Assembly (NCBI GenBank): GCA_030390025.1
Contig: CM059431.1
Span: forward strand, 117,926,001-117,990,000
Reading direction: 5' to 3'
Source: Squalus acanthias
Taxonomy: Eukaryota
Length of the DNA stretch: 64,000 nt
Below the pieces are notes generated by a model. That model did no database searches. It saw nothing but the letters and a program-made list of their open reading frames with translations, and was not told where the DNA came from. Position numbers and translations under genes: made by a program. This document shows positions 49,613 through 63,248 of the stretch, one piece after another; within the stretch, counting starts at the first letter, position 1; each line of letters starts with the position of its first letter.

Positions 49613-49989
49613 CAGGTGTGGCTCTGTCTTGCTGGATATATTTGGAAAACATAGGGACACAGGCCTCACAGAATTATGTTGCAAAATGCTTGGGAGGAGG
49701 TGGTTACACATGTCAAATCAGAGGGAAACACCCATAGAACGTGGCTGCCAGTTAGAAAGATGTTTCGAGACCTCTCAAAGTCTGCAAACGAAGGACCAAG
49801 AACCAGTACACTCTCTTAAGCATGATAGCAAAGTATGCATAACACATTGGCCTTTTTCAGACCCCTCATATTGTAGGGGTGATTTGCCAATTTTGCACTG
49901 ACAGCAAAGACCATCAACTGCCGGGAGTGCATATCTGAAATTAAGATGCGCACTGCACAACATTTTCCAGCTATTTAAAGAGAGCTGAG

Positions 49990-50430
49990 GTGATTGCTGA
50001 CCTAGATTGGCTCCCTGTCCGGCAACACCTCGATTGTAAAATTCATATCCTCATGTTCAAATCCCTCCATTGCCTTGTCCCTCCCTATCTCTGTCACCTC
50101 CTCCAGCCCTACAACCCTCCAAGATCTCTGTCCTCCTCCAATTCTGACCTCTTACGCATCCCCAATTTTCATCACCCCACCATTGGTGGCCAAGTCTTCA
50201 GCTGCCTCGGTCCTAAGCTCTGGAATTCCCTCCCTAAGCCTCTCCACCCCTCCACCTATCTCTCCTCTTTTAAGTCGCTCCTTAAGGCCTACCTCTTTGA
50301 CCAAGCTTTTGGTCACCTGTACTAATATCTCTTTATGTGGCTCGGTGTCAATTTCTTAACCTGATAACGCTCTTGTGAAATGCCTTGGGACATTTTTACT
50401 ACTTAAAAGCACTATATAAATGCAATTTTT
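49990..50430 (+). mobile_element. L2 LINE 3' end
   Basis: LDWLPVRQH...PKLWNSLP...FKSLLKAYLF; tail CTATATAAATGCAA. Confidence 0.85.
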
Positions 50431-51032
50431 TGTTGTCATGGCTAGATCTCAGCTGCACCTACCTGTTTATCCCCCTCCATTGACTCTACATATGCCAGAA
50501 AACAGGCAGCACCACACAGACCCCATAGCCATAGTCATGTGACAATCAGTGGCTGAAGGTTTCAAGACCAACTTGAAGGAGGTAGAGGTTACCTGAGTCC
50601 TAAGAACATCTTGTGCCACCACTTCACTGACTTCAGTCACTAGGGGAGCACATAGAAGGAGTAGTCAATTATGTTCTACAGCACATAAATCATGTAGTTT
50701 CAGTAAGTGAAAGAACAGTGATGCATGACAGTAGGACCACACACAAAACACTTGTACGTAATAAATATTTAACATAGTGCTTAAATAGTTCTGTGTCCAG
50801 AAAGTGTTCTGCCTATTCCTTTGCATAATGGTTCATCAGAAGGAAGAATTGGGATAAATGTGAGTTGAGATACAGCATTATCCTTATTAAGTATGGTGTG
50901 ATTAGCTATTGATGATTGTTTATTTATTGGGGCAATGGTGGACTTAGTATGCACCTTGTGGGTGGTAGAACGGCAAATGTGCATTGAAAGTTCCTGACAT
51001 GTAGAAACTGAGGGCAGTAGTGATCTTCACAG

Positions 51033-51790
51033 TGTAAGATTCTAAAAACCATGATAAAACCGCTGCTACTGTGTGGAGGTCAAAGTTCAGAACGAATTGT
51101 GAAATGGTTCAAAATGTAGGAAGTCATCATGTGTTCTTTGTTTGTGAAGACATAAAATGGCAGAAGTCAGCAGGGGGTCCTTTGCCTGGTGGTCAGCATG
51201 GTCCTTTGTTTGAAGGAGAAACACGAGTGATGAGGAAATCCTGCCCCCACACACCTCACAGGAACATGAATGTGTCATGCGGAAGGAACTTCAATCAGGG
51301 AAGGTTTGGAGTGAAACTGACCTATCAGAGGGAGGCAGACAGTGATATACAAGTGAGGCCGGCAGAAAGGCACCATAAAGAGATAACCCAGAGGCAGGAA
51401 ATTCAGAAGAAAGAAAGAAGACAGAAGTGGAACCACAGAGGAACAAAGAAAGCTGGCCTGTCTATGTTTTTCGACTTACGACTTTTCCTGGACCGATCAC
51501 CCAGAGATAAAGGAGTATGTATAAAAGTCTATGTGTAGAGCTTAGATATTGTTAAAGGGTACTTTTATGTACGGTTGACTTGGGATATAAATCACCAGGA
51601 GGTAGCGTGTAAGTTGCTGGGGAGTACTTCTATGTACGGGTAAATTGGGTGCATATTGATTGCGATGTACACTTGAATTTTGAATTGTAGTATGAATAAA
51701 GACCAATTTTATTGATCACATACTTATCTGTCATTGTTACGCTTATTCGTAATTCTCAAAGTCCAAACAGTAGTAAGAGAAAGGCTTACA
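51033..51790 (+). mobile_element. Solo LTR (758 bp)
   Basis: TGTAAG...CTTACA inverted termini; flanks ACAG / GCAG; AATAAA at 51695. Confidence 0.7.
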
Positions 51791-53744
51791 GCAGCCAGTA
51801 ACAGTACAGTGCATGTGGTAGAACATGACTGGAGGTTTGCTTGAAGCATACGACACAACTGAGTCACAGGATCTGTATTGAAGAGGTATGAATTCCTCTG
51901 TCTATATATGCAGCCTGGGGGTACTTGATTGTATGGTAAATATACTTGTGGTGAAACTTGACCTGCAAATTATCCCTCATTTGCCTTCGACTTCTTCCTC
52001 CAGGAAATATAAATACAGTGGGCATCCCATGGACAACCCAATGTTGGCATCTTAAACCAAAGTGCCATGAAATGGGTGCAAAATGCACATTAATTATCCA
52101 CAGCAAAGTTTCAATATCAAAAATAAAATGACTCCTTCTAAAATAATGCAGTTTTCCATTTCAGAATTCAAGAATATCAAATTGGGGAGTCCAAAGTTAA
52201 AACTCTTTGCGCCTGAAAAGCCATGGGCCATCTTGGTGCACTTGGGAATAGAGTGTATAACAGAAGACCTGCAAATTAGACTAGAGCCTGAATACACTGG
52301 TTCCAGACTGTCAGTTTCCTGGGGCCTTGTTTGGGATAGAACTTTTGTCTGGTTGAACATGAAAAGGTGGGCATGGCTGGAGAAGGGAATTCCCAGGCCA
52401 GGAATTTGCTTGGTCCCAGCCTGGGTTATGCCTGGCATCTGGTACACTGGTAGAAATATGGCATATTGGACTCCCATTGGGCATATGTGGGGCTCACCTG
52501 GAGGTCCAGGCTGGATCTTGGTCTGGACACTGAACAGGGCTCCCTGCCACAGGGGCTGAATGACCCCGATGGCCCTTTCAAAATGTCACTTCAGGTCAGA
52601 GCTGCTGCTGACTCAATGGGCAACTGATCACTGCTGCTTCTTCTGCACCCCTCACTCTGGCGGAAGCTCATCAGTAGTATTTAAATTAGGGAACCTCCCC
52701 CAAACTCCAACAGGGTCACTGGTGGAGGTTCCCAATGGGTAAATCAAGGCACTTATGTCATGACCGATGCTTATGGATTTTGGGCCCTTTATATTCTTAG
52801 GTGCCCCTTTTCAATGGTCATTTGGGATACTCAGCATCATTCTAATACAAAATGTGCAAATACGTCTGCTTCCATCAGCATTATCATATTCAATGAATCT
52901 CCCATCGGATCTGGATGAGATAATCTTGTGTACATTCTGCACCTGACTGAAAGTTGGCAGCAAAAAGTAGGTGGCATAAGTGTGGCAGAACAGAGCTCTG
53001 CCCTCCCACAGCCACAGGCTAGAAAACCCATCCCAAATACTGGGAAAGGGGTCATTTATATTTCCAGGGTGGGCTACCAGCACTAGCAAGGATGCATCAA
53101 CAGCACCCTCCACAGCCTAATGCACCCTTCTAAGGAGGAGCAGTGCCTTGCAATTCTACCTGAGGCCTCTCCAAGAAGAAAATAACTTTGCTTTCAAAAC
53201 CTTTGGCTCACACTGGAGCCATTATGCCACTATATAAAAGTAATTAATCCCTTCTGAGATCGATGACCATATTCTAGTAAATATCTGGGCACTTCAGAAA
53301 GTCTTAAATTGACTTGTGCTGGGTCTCAACTGGTGTGAGTTCCGCTGAGGCCTTTCAAAGGCCTAAAGAAAGGAATTCCCTTGTAAAGTCCTGGCATGCC
53401 CCCCAACATATTCCCCTGATGTAGGGGGCGCAGGCAGCAGATCTACCATGGCCCCCTGACCAGAATTTAAAGGTCCTAGCTAAACAGAGAAGAAATTTGG
53501 TGGAACCTGGTTCCTACTTATATTCTGGGTACCCCCCATGCTCTCCGCCACCACCCCAGGCAGCAATCAAACTTACACTCTCTCCCAACCATGGAATTTC
53601 AGGGTCACTGAATGCAAAAGGTGGGATTGTTCCAGCTGCAAGATGACATGGTGCAGAGTGGCTACCATTAATTAGATCTGGCATTCAATTCTGATCGTTT
53701 TGCATATTGGTAGACCAACATGACCTTACAGAAAAAAGTAATGA

Positions 53745-55095
53745 ATAACTTTCTATGTGACATGCATTAGGACACAGTTGCATCCAGTCCTTGCCATCCC
53801 ATTATAGAAAAGATAATTGAACCATTGGAAAAGGCCCCACAAATGTTCACGAGAATAATAGCAGGACATAAAGGTTATAGTTCTGAAGAAAGTCTTAAAA
53901 ATTGGACCTTTCCACTGGCACAGAGAAGATTAAGGGGGAATTTAATGAGGTATTCAAAAGGATGATATGTTTTGAGAGGGTAAACAGTGATAGATTGTTT
54001 TCTTTGGTTGGTGAATCTTGAAAAAGGGGCATTGGGGGAAAAATTCAGTTGGTTGCGCCTCCCGTTAGCACCTTAAGAGGGCGCTAATGGGGCTCAAAGC
54101 AACTAGCGCCCGGGCACGGAGATGTTTGCGCCGCTCGCGAAATTAACTAGACATTTTGCGGTGGCGCTAAACACTACCGCCATGATCTCCTGCGCCGACA
54201 GATCGTGACGTCAGTCGAGTGCGCAACGCCCCGGTATCGCCCCGGAGCGGATATTGAGTGGCACCCCCTGCCTTACCGCCTGCCGCTAGCAACGACAGGT
54301 TGAGGGGAGCGTTTTGCAGTCAGGAAGGGACTGGGGGAGCGCTATTTAAAGGCAACCGCTTCCTGCCTTTTATTGTTGGTGACATTTTTGAACCACGCAT
54401 TCTGAGAGAGAGAGAGAGAGACTTCTGGAGCGATTCAATGCTGTGTGAAGGAGTTTTGGATATTGAGCTGCACTTTGCAGGTTCATTTTGATTTGCCCTT
54501 CCTTGTATCGATTTAGAAGAGAGTGTTGGGGTTGCACTCTGAGCTCTTTCCCTGGTACTCTCCATTGTTCTTTCCAGCAGATTTGATGTACAGCTCTCTC
54601 CAGGCCGAGATTCAAGGCTGCAATGAGCAGGATGTGGATGGAAAGCAAGATCAACCCTCCCCTTTAAGAACTGGCCCGTGCCATTGTGTGTGTGTTCCAT
54701 TGCTGACTGATATCACATGAGCTTCACCAGCGCTCTGAGGTAGCGCCTCGCTCCTCAGCCGTTGCGCCTTAAGACAGGTGTGAAGAGCCTGTTTTAGCGC
54801 TCCAATCACCTCCAGGGGCGATAAAAGTCAAGTTTGCAGTCGGAGGCGATAATTAGCGGCAGGCACTAATCTTTGTGCCCGGCCGATAATTGCGCCCCAA
54901 ATGGGGCGATACTGAATTTCTCCCCCATAGAGTCAGGATGATAATGAGAAGAATTAAATTGTAAGTAACAAGAAATCTTTTTACACAATTGAGTAATACA
55001 ATATGAAATGCTTTACCACAAGTGACTATTGAGAAAGAGACAATAACATCATTTAAAAGGAAATTAGATAAGTATTTGAAATCAAAGAATATAAA
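53745..55095 (+). mobile_element. Old CR1 3' fragment split by the element at 54034-54926
   Basis: GAGAAGATTAAGGGGGAATTTAAT (RLRG-L motif) and colinear continuation after 54927. Confidence 0.6.
54034..54926. mobile_element. Internal-deletion derivative of the Harbinger family at 32735-38278
   Basis: Left ~470 bp and right ~400 bp match the two ends of the autonomous copy; TIR GGGGGAAAAATTCAGT / ACTGAATTTCTCCCCC. Confidence 0.9.
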
Positions 55096-55104
55096 AGGAT
55101 AATT

Positions 55105-55595
55105 CCAATGCTCTCCTGCCCGGCTTCCCAGCTTGCACCCCCCGTAAACTTAAGCTCATCCAAAACTCTGCTGCCCATATCCTAACTCGGACCAAGTCCC
55201 ATTCACCCATCACCCCTGTACTCACTGACCGGTGACTCCACGATTTTAAAATTCTCATCCTTGTTTTCAATTCCCATCATGTCCTCACCCCTCCCTATCT
55301 CTGTAACCTCCTCTAGCATTACAACCCTCCAAGATCTCTGCATTCCTCCAATTCTCCACCATTGGCGGCCGTGCCTTCAACTGCCTTGGCCCGAAGCCCT
55401 GGAATTCCCTCCCTAAACCTCTCCGCTGCTCTACTTCTCTCCTCCTTTAAGACGCTCCTTAAAAGCTTTGACCAAGGTTTTGGTCACCTGTCCTAATATC
55501 TCCTAACGTGGCTCGGTGTCAAATTTTGTTTGAAAATCGCACCTGGGACATTTCATTATGTTAAAGGTACTGTATAAAAGCAAGTTGTTGTTGTT
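55105..55595 (+). mobile_element. L2 LINE 3' end
   Basis: LIQNSAAHILTRTK motif; similar to 49990-50430; GTT-repeat tail. Confidence 0.8.
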
Positions 55596-57635
55596 GTTGA
55601 TTATGGGGAAAGGGTAGGGAAATGGGGTTAGACAATATAGCTCCAATTGAAGAGCTAGCACCAACATAGGCACGATCAGGTGACTTCCACCTGGGCTGCA
55701 TTTTCAAAGACTCTGAAGACATTGACACCTCACCAACTTGCAATAATACTGTGCTGTTTACCTTCGCTCATGTAACTACATTATGAGTCTACCAATCTAA
55801 CTGAATTGAAAGATGATGAACTACTGCACCAATGCCATACACTGATTTTATCACACTAACTGAACTCCTTCAATGAATTTTAGGAACTGCAATACAATTC
55901 CAAGTCGATCAGTTTTACGCAGCTAAAGTGTTATCAGAAAATTGATCGCAGAAGTGCTCAAGTGATAGCAGTCAACTCGCAGCAGATATAACTTTTTTAA
56001 AATCCGAGGCAAGCCCTCAAGGCATTTCACAGTTGATTATGTTGCATGTTGAAGAAAAATATTTTAATAAAATCAGCATACAATCAGCAAACACTTATTG
56101 CATATGAAATTACAAAAATCAACGGGTGACTAAAATGAAAGACTACCAATGTGGAGGCAAAAATGTTTGGCCAGATTTTTCAGCAGAATTAACACTATAC
56201 CCTTCCACATGACATCACAGTTGATTTTTACACAATCTATAAAGACAAATGTGGAAAAGCATACATTTTTTATAATAAAGCAACAGAAAAGTAAAGTCAC
56301 CTCCATGTCTATATCAGATCACCCCTGCCATTAAGGAAAGAAAGGATGAGTTAAAAAAATATATATTTTGTGCTTTAAGCAACACAATTTACAGAATGTT
56401 CTTGCTGCTACTGGAGTATCTGCTATCCTAGCGATTTAGATGAAGCGAGTAATCTTCTGGATCACAGTAATGTCAACACTGGATGACCAACATGCAGAAA
56501 AAGGTCATTATTGGATGCTAGGTCCAATTAATAATCGCCATGCTGCACCATGTCAGCATGCAGTCTTGGATGCACTCTCTCCTTTGTGCTGCTGTTTGGC
56601 TATATTGATGGTAAATTAGGTCATGCACTCCTCCATACTGTTCAAACTGTGCTTCATGGAGCAGAGTAACCTTTCTGCACTGTAACATATTCCTGTAACC
56701 CCTGTTTTAAGGGATCTGCGCAGAGTTCTTCGTTCTTAGGTATATTGGGAGTAGCAGTTGACATGGAACTCCACAAAGAGCCGCTATTTTAATTTTTGTG
56801 CTCACCAAGCTGCTAGAGAGTGGAATTCTTCTCATTTCAGGCACTGTCGGCATTAAACACTCTCAGTCTGGTACAGCACAGCCAGATGCAAAGTAAAGCA
56901 CTTGCCACCAGCATCCTGTAGCTTCTCTGAGTGAGCTTGCCAATAAGTGCTGAGTTCGAGACAGTTTTGTGCTGCAGACCTATGCCCAGTTGGAGCTAAA
57001 TTGAGACTGTCCAAACTCAATTTACAAAAGACTCTTACAGCCAGCACATGAAGGAGACTTTCATCCCAGCATCTAGGCTGGATTTGAACCTAGGTCCCAG
57101 AGGTAAAAAGTCAATGCCTGCAATAAATTTTTAAGTTCAGAAGCCACCTTTGATCGTGGAGAGCCACAGCCATCACAGGTAAATCCTGTTGCCTAACCTC
57201 TAGGTGAAGTCGTATTATGACACATCTTATTTTGGGATTCTGCTAAATAATTAGTTGATTATCCACCATTACATCAAAGAAAATAATGACTTAGCCAGCT
57301 GGATTTGAAAAAAAATTATGATAACATGTGCACTTGGAAAAGTTTTATTTCCCAGCATGTTCATGTAAATAGCATCAGCCAGCCAAGGCCATGCAAACAA
57401 GCCATTTGGGAGCTGAGTATTAACCCTCATCAGCCAAGTCATCCACATGGTAAATACTGTGCAAAATGTGACAATTTTAGAAAGCAAGTTAGATGTTGAA
57501 ATCCCCACCGATGCATTAGTTGTCACGAGGATCGTTTACATCAAACCAAGAGATGTTCTACCTCATCTCTCATGAAATGAGATTTTACTTCACCAAGATG
57601 TTTGTTGGAAAAACTGCGATATTTGGAAGAAACTA

Positions 57636-57790
57636 GCTGGGAATTCCCTCAGAGCTGCTCCTGCTCCTTTGCCGTAACTTCTCCAGAAACACGGCAGAAA
57701 CCCAGTTTATGTGTGCAAATGGGGTTTTTAATCACACTTCTGGCAAAGTTGCAGTAAAGGAGTGAGAGCTGCTCCAAGGAAAATGCCAGC
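57636..57790. repeat. Short palindromic MITE-like element
   Basis: About 55-bp imperfect inverted arms (GCTGGGAATTCC...CCAGAA / TTCTGG...GGAAAATGCCAGC). Confidence 0.6.
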
Positions 57791-58239
57791 CCAATGTCAT
57801 TAAATAATTAATCACAGATATTCATCCACATGTAATAATTCAGATGTCTGCTTAAATGTACAAGCTACATCCAAAAATATCTTTACAGGGGGAAAAAATG
57901 CAACTATGTAACGGAAACTGGAGGAATGTCTGGAAAGGTGTTTGATCTCAAGAAAAGTAGCAAGGTGAGCATTCAAACAACAATGGCCATGATAAAAATA
58001 GACTGCCAGATACGTAGGCTACCTTATATAAAGACGATTATTTATGCCAAATAAAGTAAGTTACAGTTGTCAGGCGTGTTGCCTTGAGTAGCTTTATGTA
58101 CTGACCTCAGCTGACCCAGTAACCTATTGCATTTGCAAAACAAAGAACAGAAATGAAGGTGGTTAAGAAGTGGTATAACAGTGTAAAAAAAAAATGAATA
58201 GCCTAGACAGATGCAGGTCAGATAGACGAAGACTCACTG

Positions 58240-59000
58240 GGGCCAATTTTGACTTTGACTGCATTTTCCCCAATGACAGGTAGCTCGCTGAATTACAAGG
58301 CGAGATTTAAGAGTTTCTCGAGTCTCTCTAGTCTGTACTACAGAAAGCCTGTTGGCTTTGTGGCAGGTGCCTTGATAGCAGCCTGTACTTGGGGGAAGCC
58401 TGCTTTGTTAGAAAACCTACAGCCCATTCCTGCTGGCTCCTGGTGTTCAGGGAGGACGTGAGATACTCGTTGGCATTTGCGAACAGGGTGTTAGCGGCCT
58501 ACTTGATGCAGGCATGGGCTGCAGACTGACTAATATGATCGATGTCACCTGCTACAGTTTGGAAAGAGCCCAAGGTGAAAATGTTGAGGGTTGTAGTGAT
58601 GTTCACTGCCACAGACAAGGCATGGGTCACTGTGGGAGTGGGTTACAGGTCTTGCTGTAAGAGGCTTCACAGGTCTATGACAGCCTCTCTGGAGAAGTGC
58701 AGCCTTCTTACGCACAGTTCCTCAATAAGCTGGAGGCAGGTGACTGGGCCTATACACCCTATGGGTAGGGTAACGAAGCCTGCAAGCAGCCATCCTTCTC
58801 TGTAAGCTCCGAACAGCCCCAACTGCAGCTCCCGAGGTGTTGCTGCTCCTCTTCCTCCAACTAGAATGAAGTGGTCAAGACAACACCCCCATTGTCCAGT
58901 ATCGAGAAATCCTTCAGCTTCCTGGAGAATTTGAAGCAAGTTGTACAGAAAATCCAGCAATGTCCAAGTCAATGACATTACTATGAATCAAGCATTGTTT
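58240..59000 (-). pseudogene. Harbinger transposase remnant
   Basis: Minus strand EELCVRRLHFSREAVIDL*SLLQQDL...LSVAVNITTTLNIFTLGSFQ, homologous to the 33400-33650 region. Confidence 0.75.
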
Positions 59001-59565
59001 CTTCCAGACAAATACCAATGATCTGAGCACTTGCAGGTGAGTTCCTCTATAATCATAGAATCATAGAATGGTTACAAGCACAGAAGAAGGCTATTTGGCC
59101 CTTCAAGCCCATGCTGGCTCTCCGCAAGAGCACTTCAGCTAGTCCCACTCCCCCGCCCTTTCCCCGTAGCCCTGCACATTTCTTTCCTTCAGATACTTAT
59201 CCAACTCCCTTTTGAAAGCCATGATTGAATCTGCCTCCACCACCTTCTCAGGCAGTGCATTCCAGATTTTAACCACTCGCTGCGTAAAAATGTTTTTTTC
59301 TTACGTCGTCTTTGGTTCTTTTGCCAATCACCTTAAATCAGTGTCCTCTGGTTCTCGACCCTTCTGCCAATGGGAACAGTTTCCCTCTATCTACTCTGTC
59401 CAGACCCCTCATGATTTTGAACACCTCTATCAAATCTCCTTTCAAACATCTCTGCTCCAAGGAGAACAACCCCAGCTTCTCCAGTCTATCAACGTAACTG
59501 AAGTCCCTCATTCCTGGAACCATTCTCGTAAATCTTTTCTGCACCCTCTCTAAGGCCTTCACATC

Positions 59566-61233
59566 TGTAAAGTTTCGCAATTATCGCAATTCGAAATAAC
59601 GAGATAGAAGCAGATTCGTTTGATCAGTTTATTGAAATGAAATGCTGTCATGATTAAACAGGACACAGAAGCCTGTAAAATGGCCGCCGCACATCGTGGC
59701 AGAAGTTTCCAGAAGTACAGTGGGCAGACAAGATGGCGTTCGAATAAACATTTTCGATAAGCACTGATAAAGACAGGATGCAACCTGTTTGCATTTGTGA
59801 CAATAGCATAAGATATGAGTGCTGGAATCGTTTTCCATGCACAAGTAAGGACCATTGTACTGGGCAATCGAAGGCCCATCCAGACACATCAACACGCAAA
59901 TACCCCCATGGCTCTACAATGAGAGAGCCATTCTCGGGTGATTAAACAAATATTCGGGGGCCCCAAAACCCAGCCAGGGAGGCTCCGAGCCGGTTCAACA
60001 ATGGGGAAAACATTAACGGGTAGTTGGCCAGTCTCAGGTGCTACCGAAACCCGTTAAAGACAAGAATCACCCCATGCTGGGAGTTTTGAGCGCCAAATTT
60101 TCACAAAGGACAAACATTAAGATTTGAGCGGGAGATAAGGGAACACAGCACTATAACTATAGTGAACAAATGTCCATCGCTCTCTTATCTCTCCTATCCT
60201 TATCCTCGGGTATCGCTCTGCTGGACGAGCAGCCTTCTGTGTTTTCTCTGGACTCTGTCGACTAATGTTGGGTGGAGCTCAAATGGAACGAGCCGCCTCG
60301 ACGAAGGCCGGTAACCGGGTGCACCATCCCGAGAGTCGGTAAACGGTGTTCTGGACCCGAAGGCCCGAAGAGACGAGACGAGACGAGATGAGAAGAGAAG
60401 AAGAAGAGTCCACGTGCCGCCGCGGTCAGTAAACCCCGACCGCGCCCGAAAATATATAGACCATTTTTGAACTCTATAGGTTGCTGCACGAACCAGTGAA
60501 AGACTCTTCTTCGAATTCTATCGACAACCGGTGTCGATACAAGAAGACTCTTCTTTGAATTCTACCGGTAACTGGTGTCGGTACAGGAAGACTTTTCTTT
60601 GAGTTCTACAGCCGGGCCCGAGCACTGTCGAGTTCCTCATGACAACGGGGAGCACAGCCTGCTTGCAGCAGCAGCGAAAGTAAACAAGTGGGGTACAGAG
60701 ACCCCTTCAAACACGTGACAGTCAGGCGCTGCAGCGAAACGAGCCGAGTGCCTCACTTTAAAATTCTCCGAAGTATCACGAGTGGTGAGCATGTTTCCGA
60801 TCCTACAAATCTAGATGTAGTGTAGGTATTGATAGGGGAGGGTGGTTTTATTAAGGATAAAGTATAATGTGTTCCCTTTTTTACGATGTGCCGTGCGTTC
60901 TTCATTACCATAGACCAAGCTTTATGAATGTATGTATACTTGTACTATCGTTAATTTGTGCCTATGACATGTACTTCATGATTTTGGACGCTATGCAATA
61001 AAGATTTCCATTTCGTACTATTCAACCGGGTCTATTTGAGTTTTTCTCTGCATTACTGCTCTCGCACCTAAGTCCAGTGTTAGAACCGTAAGGGCGAGTG
61101 GGTCGAACCACTCACAGGTGCTTATTGCAACAAGGCTGGCCGGAGACCAGAGCAAGCAATAGTATTAGTCAGCGAAGGCCTAACCCCGCACCAGCACCGT
61201 CTGCGATACAAGCACGACACAGAACCCCTTACA
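59566..61233 (+). mobile_element. Solo LTR (1668 bp), related to 17798-19420
   Basis: TGTA...TACA ends; CATC TSD; AATAAA at 60997; colinear with the other copy. Confidence 0.88.
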
Positions 61234-62081
61234 CATCCTTCCTAAAGTGTAGTGCCCAGAATTGGACACAGTACCCCAGTTGGGGCCGAACCAGTGTTTT
61301 GTACAGGTTCATCATAATTTCCACACCTTTGTACCTCTATTTATGAAGCCCAGGATCCCGTAAGTCTTTTTAACTGCTTTCTCAACCTGCCCGGCCACCT
61401 TCAACGATTTGTGCACACATACCCCCAGGTCTCTCTGTTCATGTACCCCCTTCAGGATTGTACCATTTAGTTTTTTGTCCTCCCCTCATTCTTACGACCA
61501 AAATGTATCACTTCACACTTTTCTGCGTTAAATTTCATATGCCACGTGTCCGCCCATTTCACGAGCCTGTCTATGTCTTCCTGAAGTCTATCACTCTCCA
61601 CTATACTTCCAAGTTTTGTATCATCTGCAAATTTTGAAATTGTGCCCTGTACACCCTCACCCAAGTCATTAACATATATCAAGAAAAGCAGTGGTCCTAG
61701 ATCCGACCCCTGGGGAACACCACTGTGTACCATCCTCCAGTCCAAAAACTAACCGTTTACCACTACTCTCAGTTTCCTATCACTTAGCCAATTCTGTATC
61801 CATGCTGCCACTATCCCTTTTACTGCAAGGGCTTCAACTTTGCTGGCAAGCCTATTATGTGGCACTTTGTCGAACGCCTTTTGGAAATCCATGTACACTA
61901 CGGCAACCGCATTAACCTCATCAACCCTCTCTTTTACCTCATCAAAGAACTCAATCAAGTTAGTTAAACATGATTTGCATTTAACAAATCCGTGCTGGCT
62001 TTCCTTAATTAATCCACACTTGCCAAGTGACTGTTAATTTTGTCCCTGATTACTGTTTCTAAAAGCTTCCCCACTACCGAG

Positions 62082-63248
62082 TGTAAGCATCGGAGCAGGC
62101 CCCAAGGATTTGTATGATTGTTACTGCTGTTCGACCAGCAGTCTGTTTGGCCCAGTGAGAGGGGCGTCGTGCAGTTGGACCTAGAAGCACAGACACACCT
62201 GTGAGTTTCAATTTAATAATGGAAAAGACATTTACTTTGGACAATGAGCGTCTCGATAGGTGATTTAACGGTGAAAAGGTGATTTAACTTTGGACAATGA
62301 GACTTCGTGTTTTAATGGGTTTTGATGGATCTTCAATTGGATAAGACAACGATGCCAGTTTTGCTGGAACAATGAACTTCCTGGAACCTTGGGCAAGACA
62401 CATCAGCAGTAAGACTAAATCACAGCAAATATGTACCACAGGGAGAGGGAGACAAGATAAGGAATTGTCTTCCATCCCCCAGCCCTGTACATGTCCTGTG
62501 GTTTGGATTACTGGGTGAGTATTGGAATACAAGAGTTGGGGGAAGGCCCAGACTTGAAAAGGCGGGAACCAGACAAAGAAGGGTGATTTAAAAGACATCA
62601 CTGCAATACACAGACCAGAGTGAACTTTTAGGGTATACAGAGAAGGCAGCTTTGGGCATTCTCTCTCTCTCTCGCTTGCTCTAAACCACCACGAGCAACA
62701 AGAGCCTTGTCTTGCTCTTCGACTGTAGGAACAAACCTCGAAACTGGGACTTGGATACTGCATCGGCGATACGGAACCAGGAGACACGCTCTACACAGGG
62801 AAGCAGCGAGCAAGAAAACGGACAATCGGGGTGAGCATTGTCCAAGCCCACGCATCCTTAAGACCACCGGTACTGTGTGAGGGGGTGTTGTGTGTCCCAA
62901 CCAATCCAGAGGGGCTTAGTGGGAAGATTCTGTGTGTATTATATAGTGTATGTTCCGGGGTTTGTGGGACAAGTCCATGTTATACTCTCTATAGCAACAC
63001 AGTGTGATTTTAGGCATCTTAATATGAGACAGGGGCCTGTTTGACAGGCCAAGTTGTATTGTTGTACTGTTTGTTTTACGCCACAAGGTATTTTACGTAC
63101 TGGAGGCGGGTGTGTGTGTTAACCTTATTAAACACCATACGGTTGAGTCCGAAAAGCTTGTCTGTGTTCCAATCCTGTTCACTGTAATTCCTGTCGTATA
63201 GAGCTAAGTAGGAGGAGTGATTCGAACCACCAAAGCAAACCACCTACA
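62082..63248 (+). mobile_element. Solo LTR (1167 bp), distinct family
   Basis: TGTA...TACA ends; 4-bp TSD CGAG; ATTAAA near 63128. Confidence 0.85.

Noticed and set aside
51864..53113. Cluster of 60-158 aa ORFs on both strands
   Set aside because: No recognisable domain and overlapping on opposite strands; may be an old repeat but cannot be supported by eye
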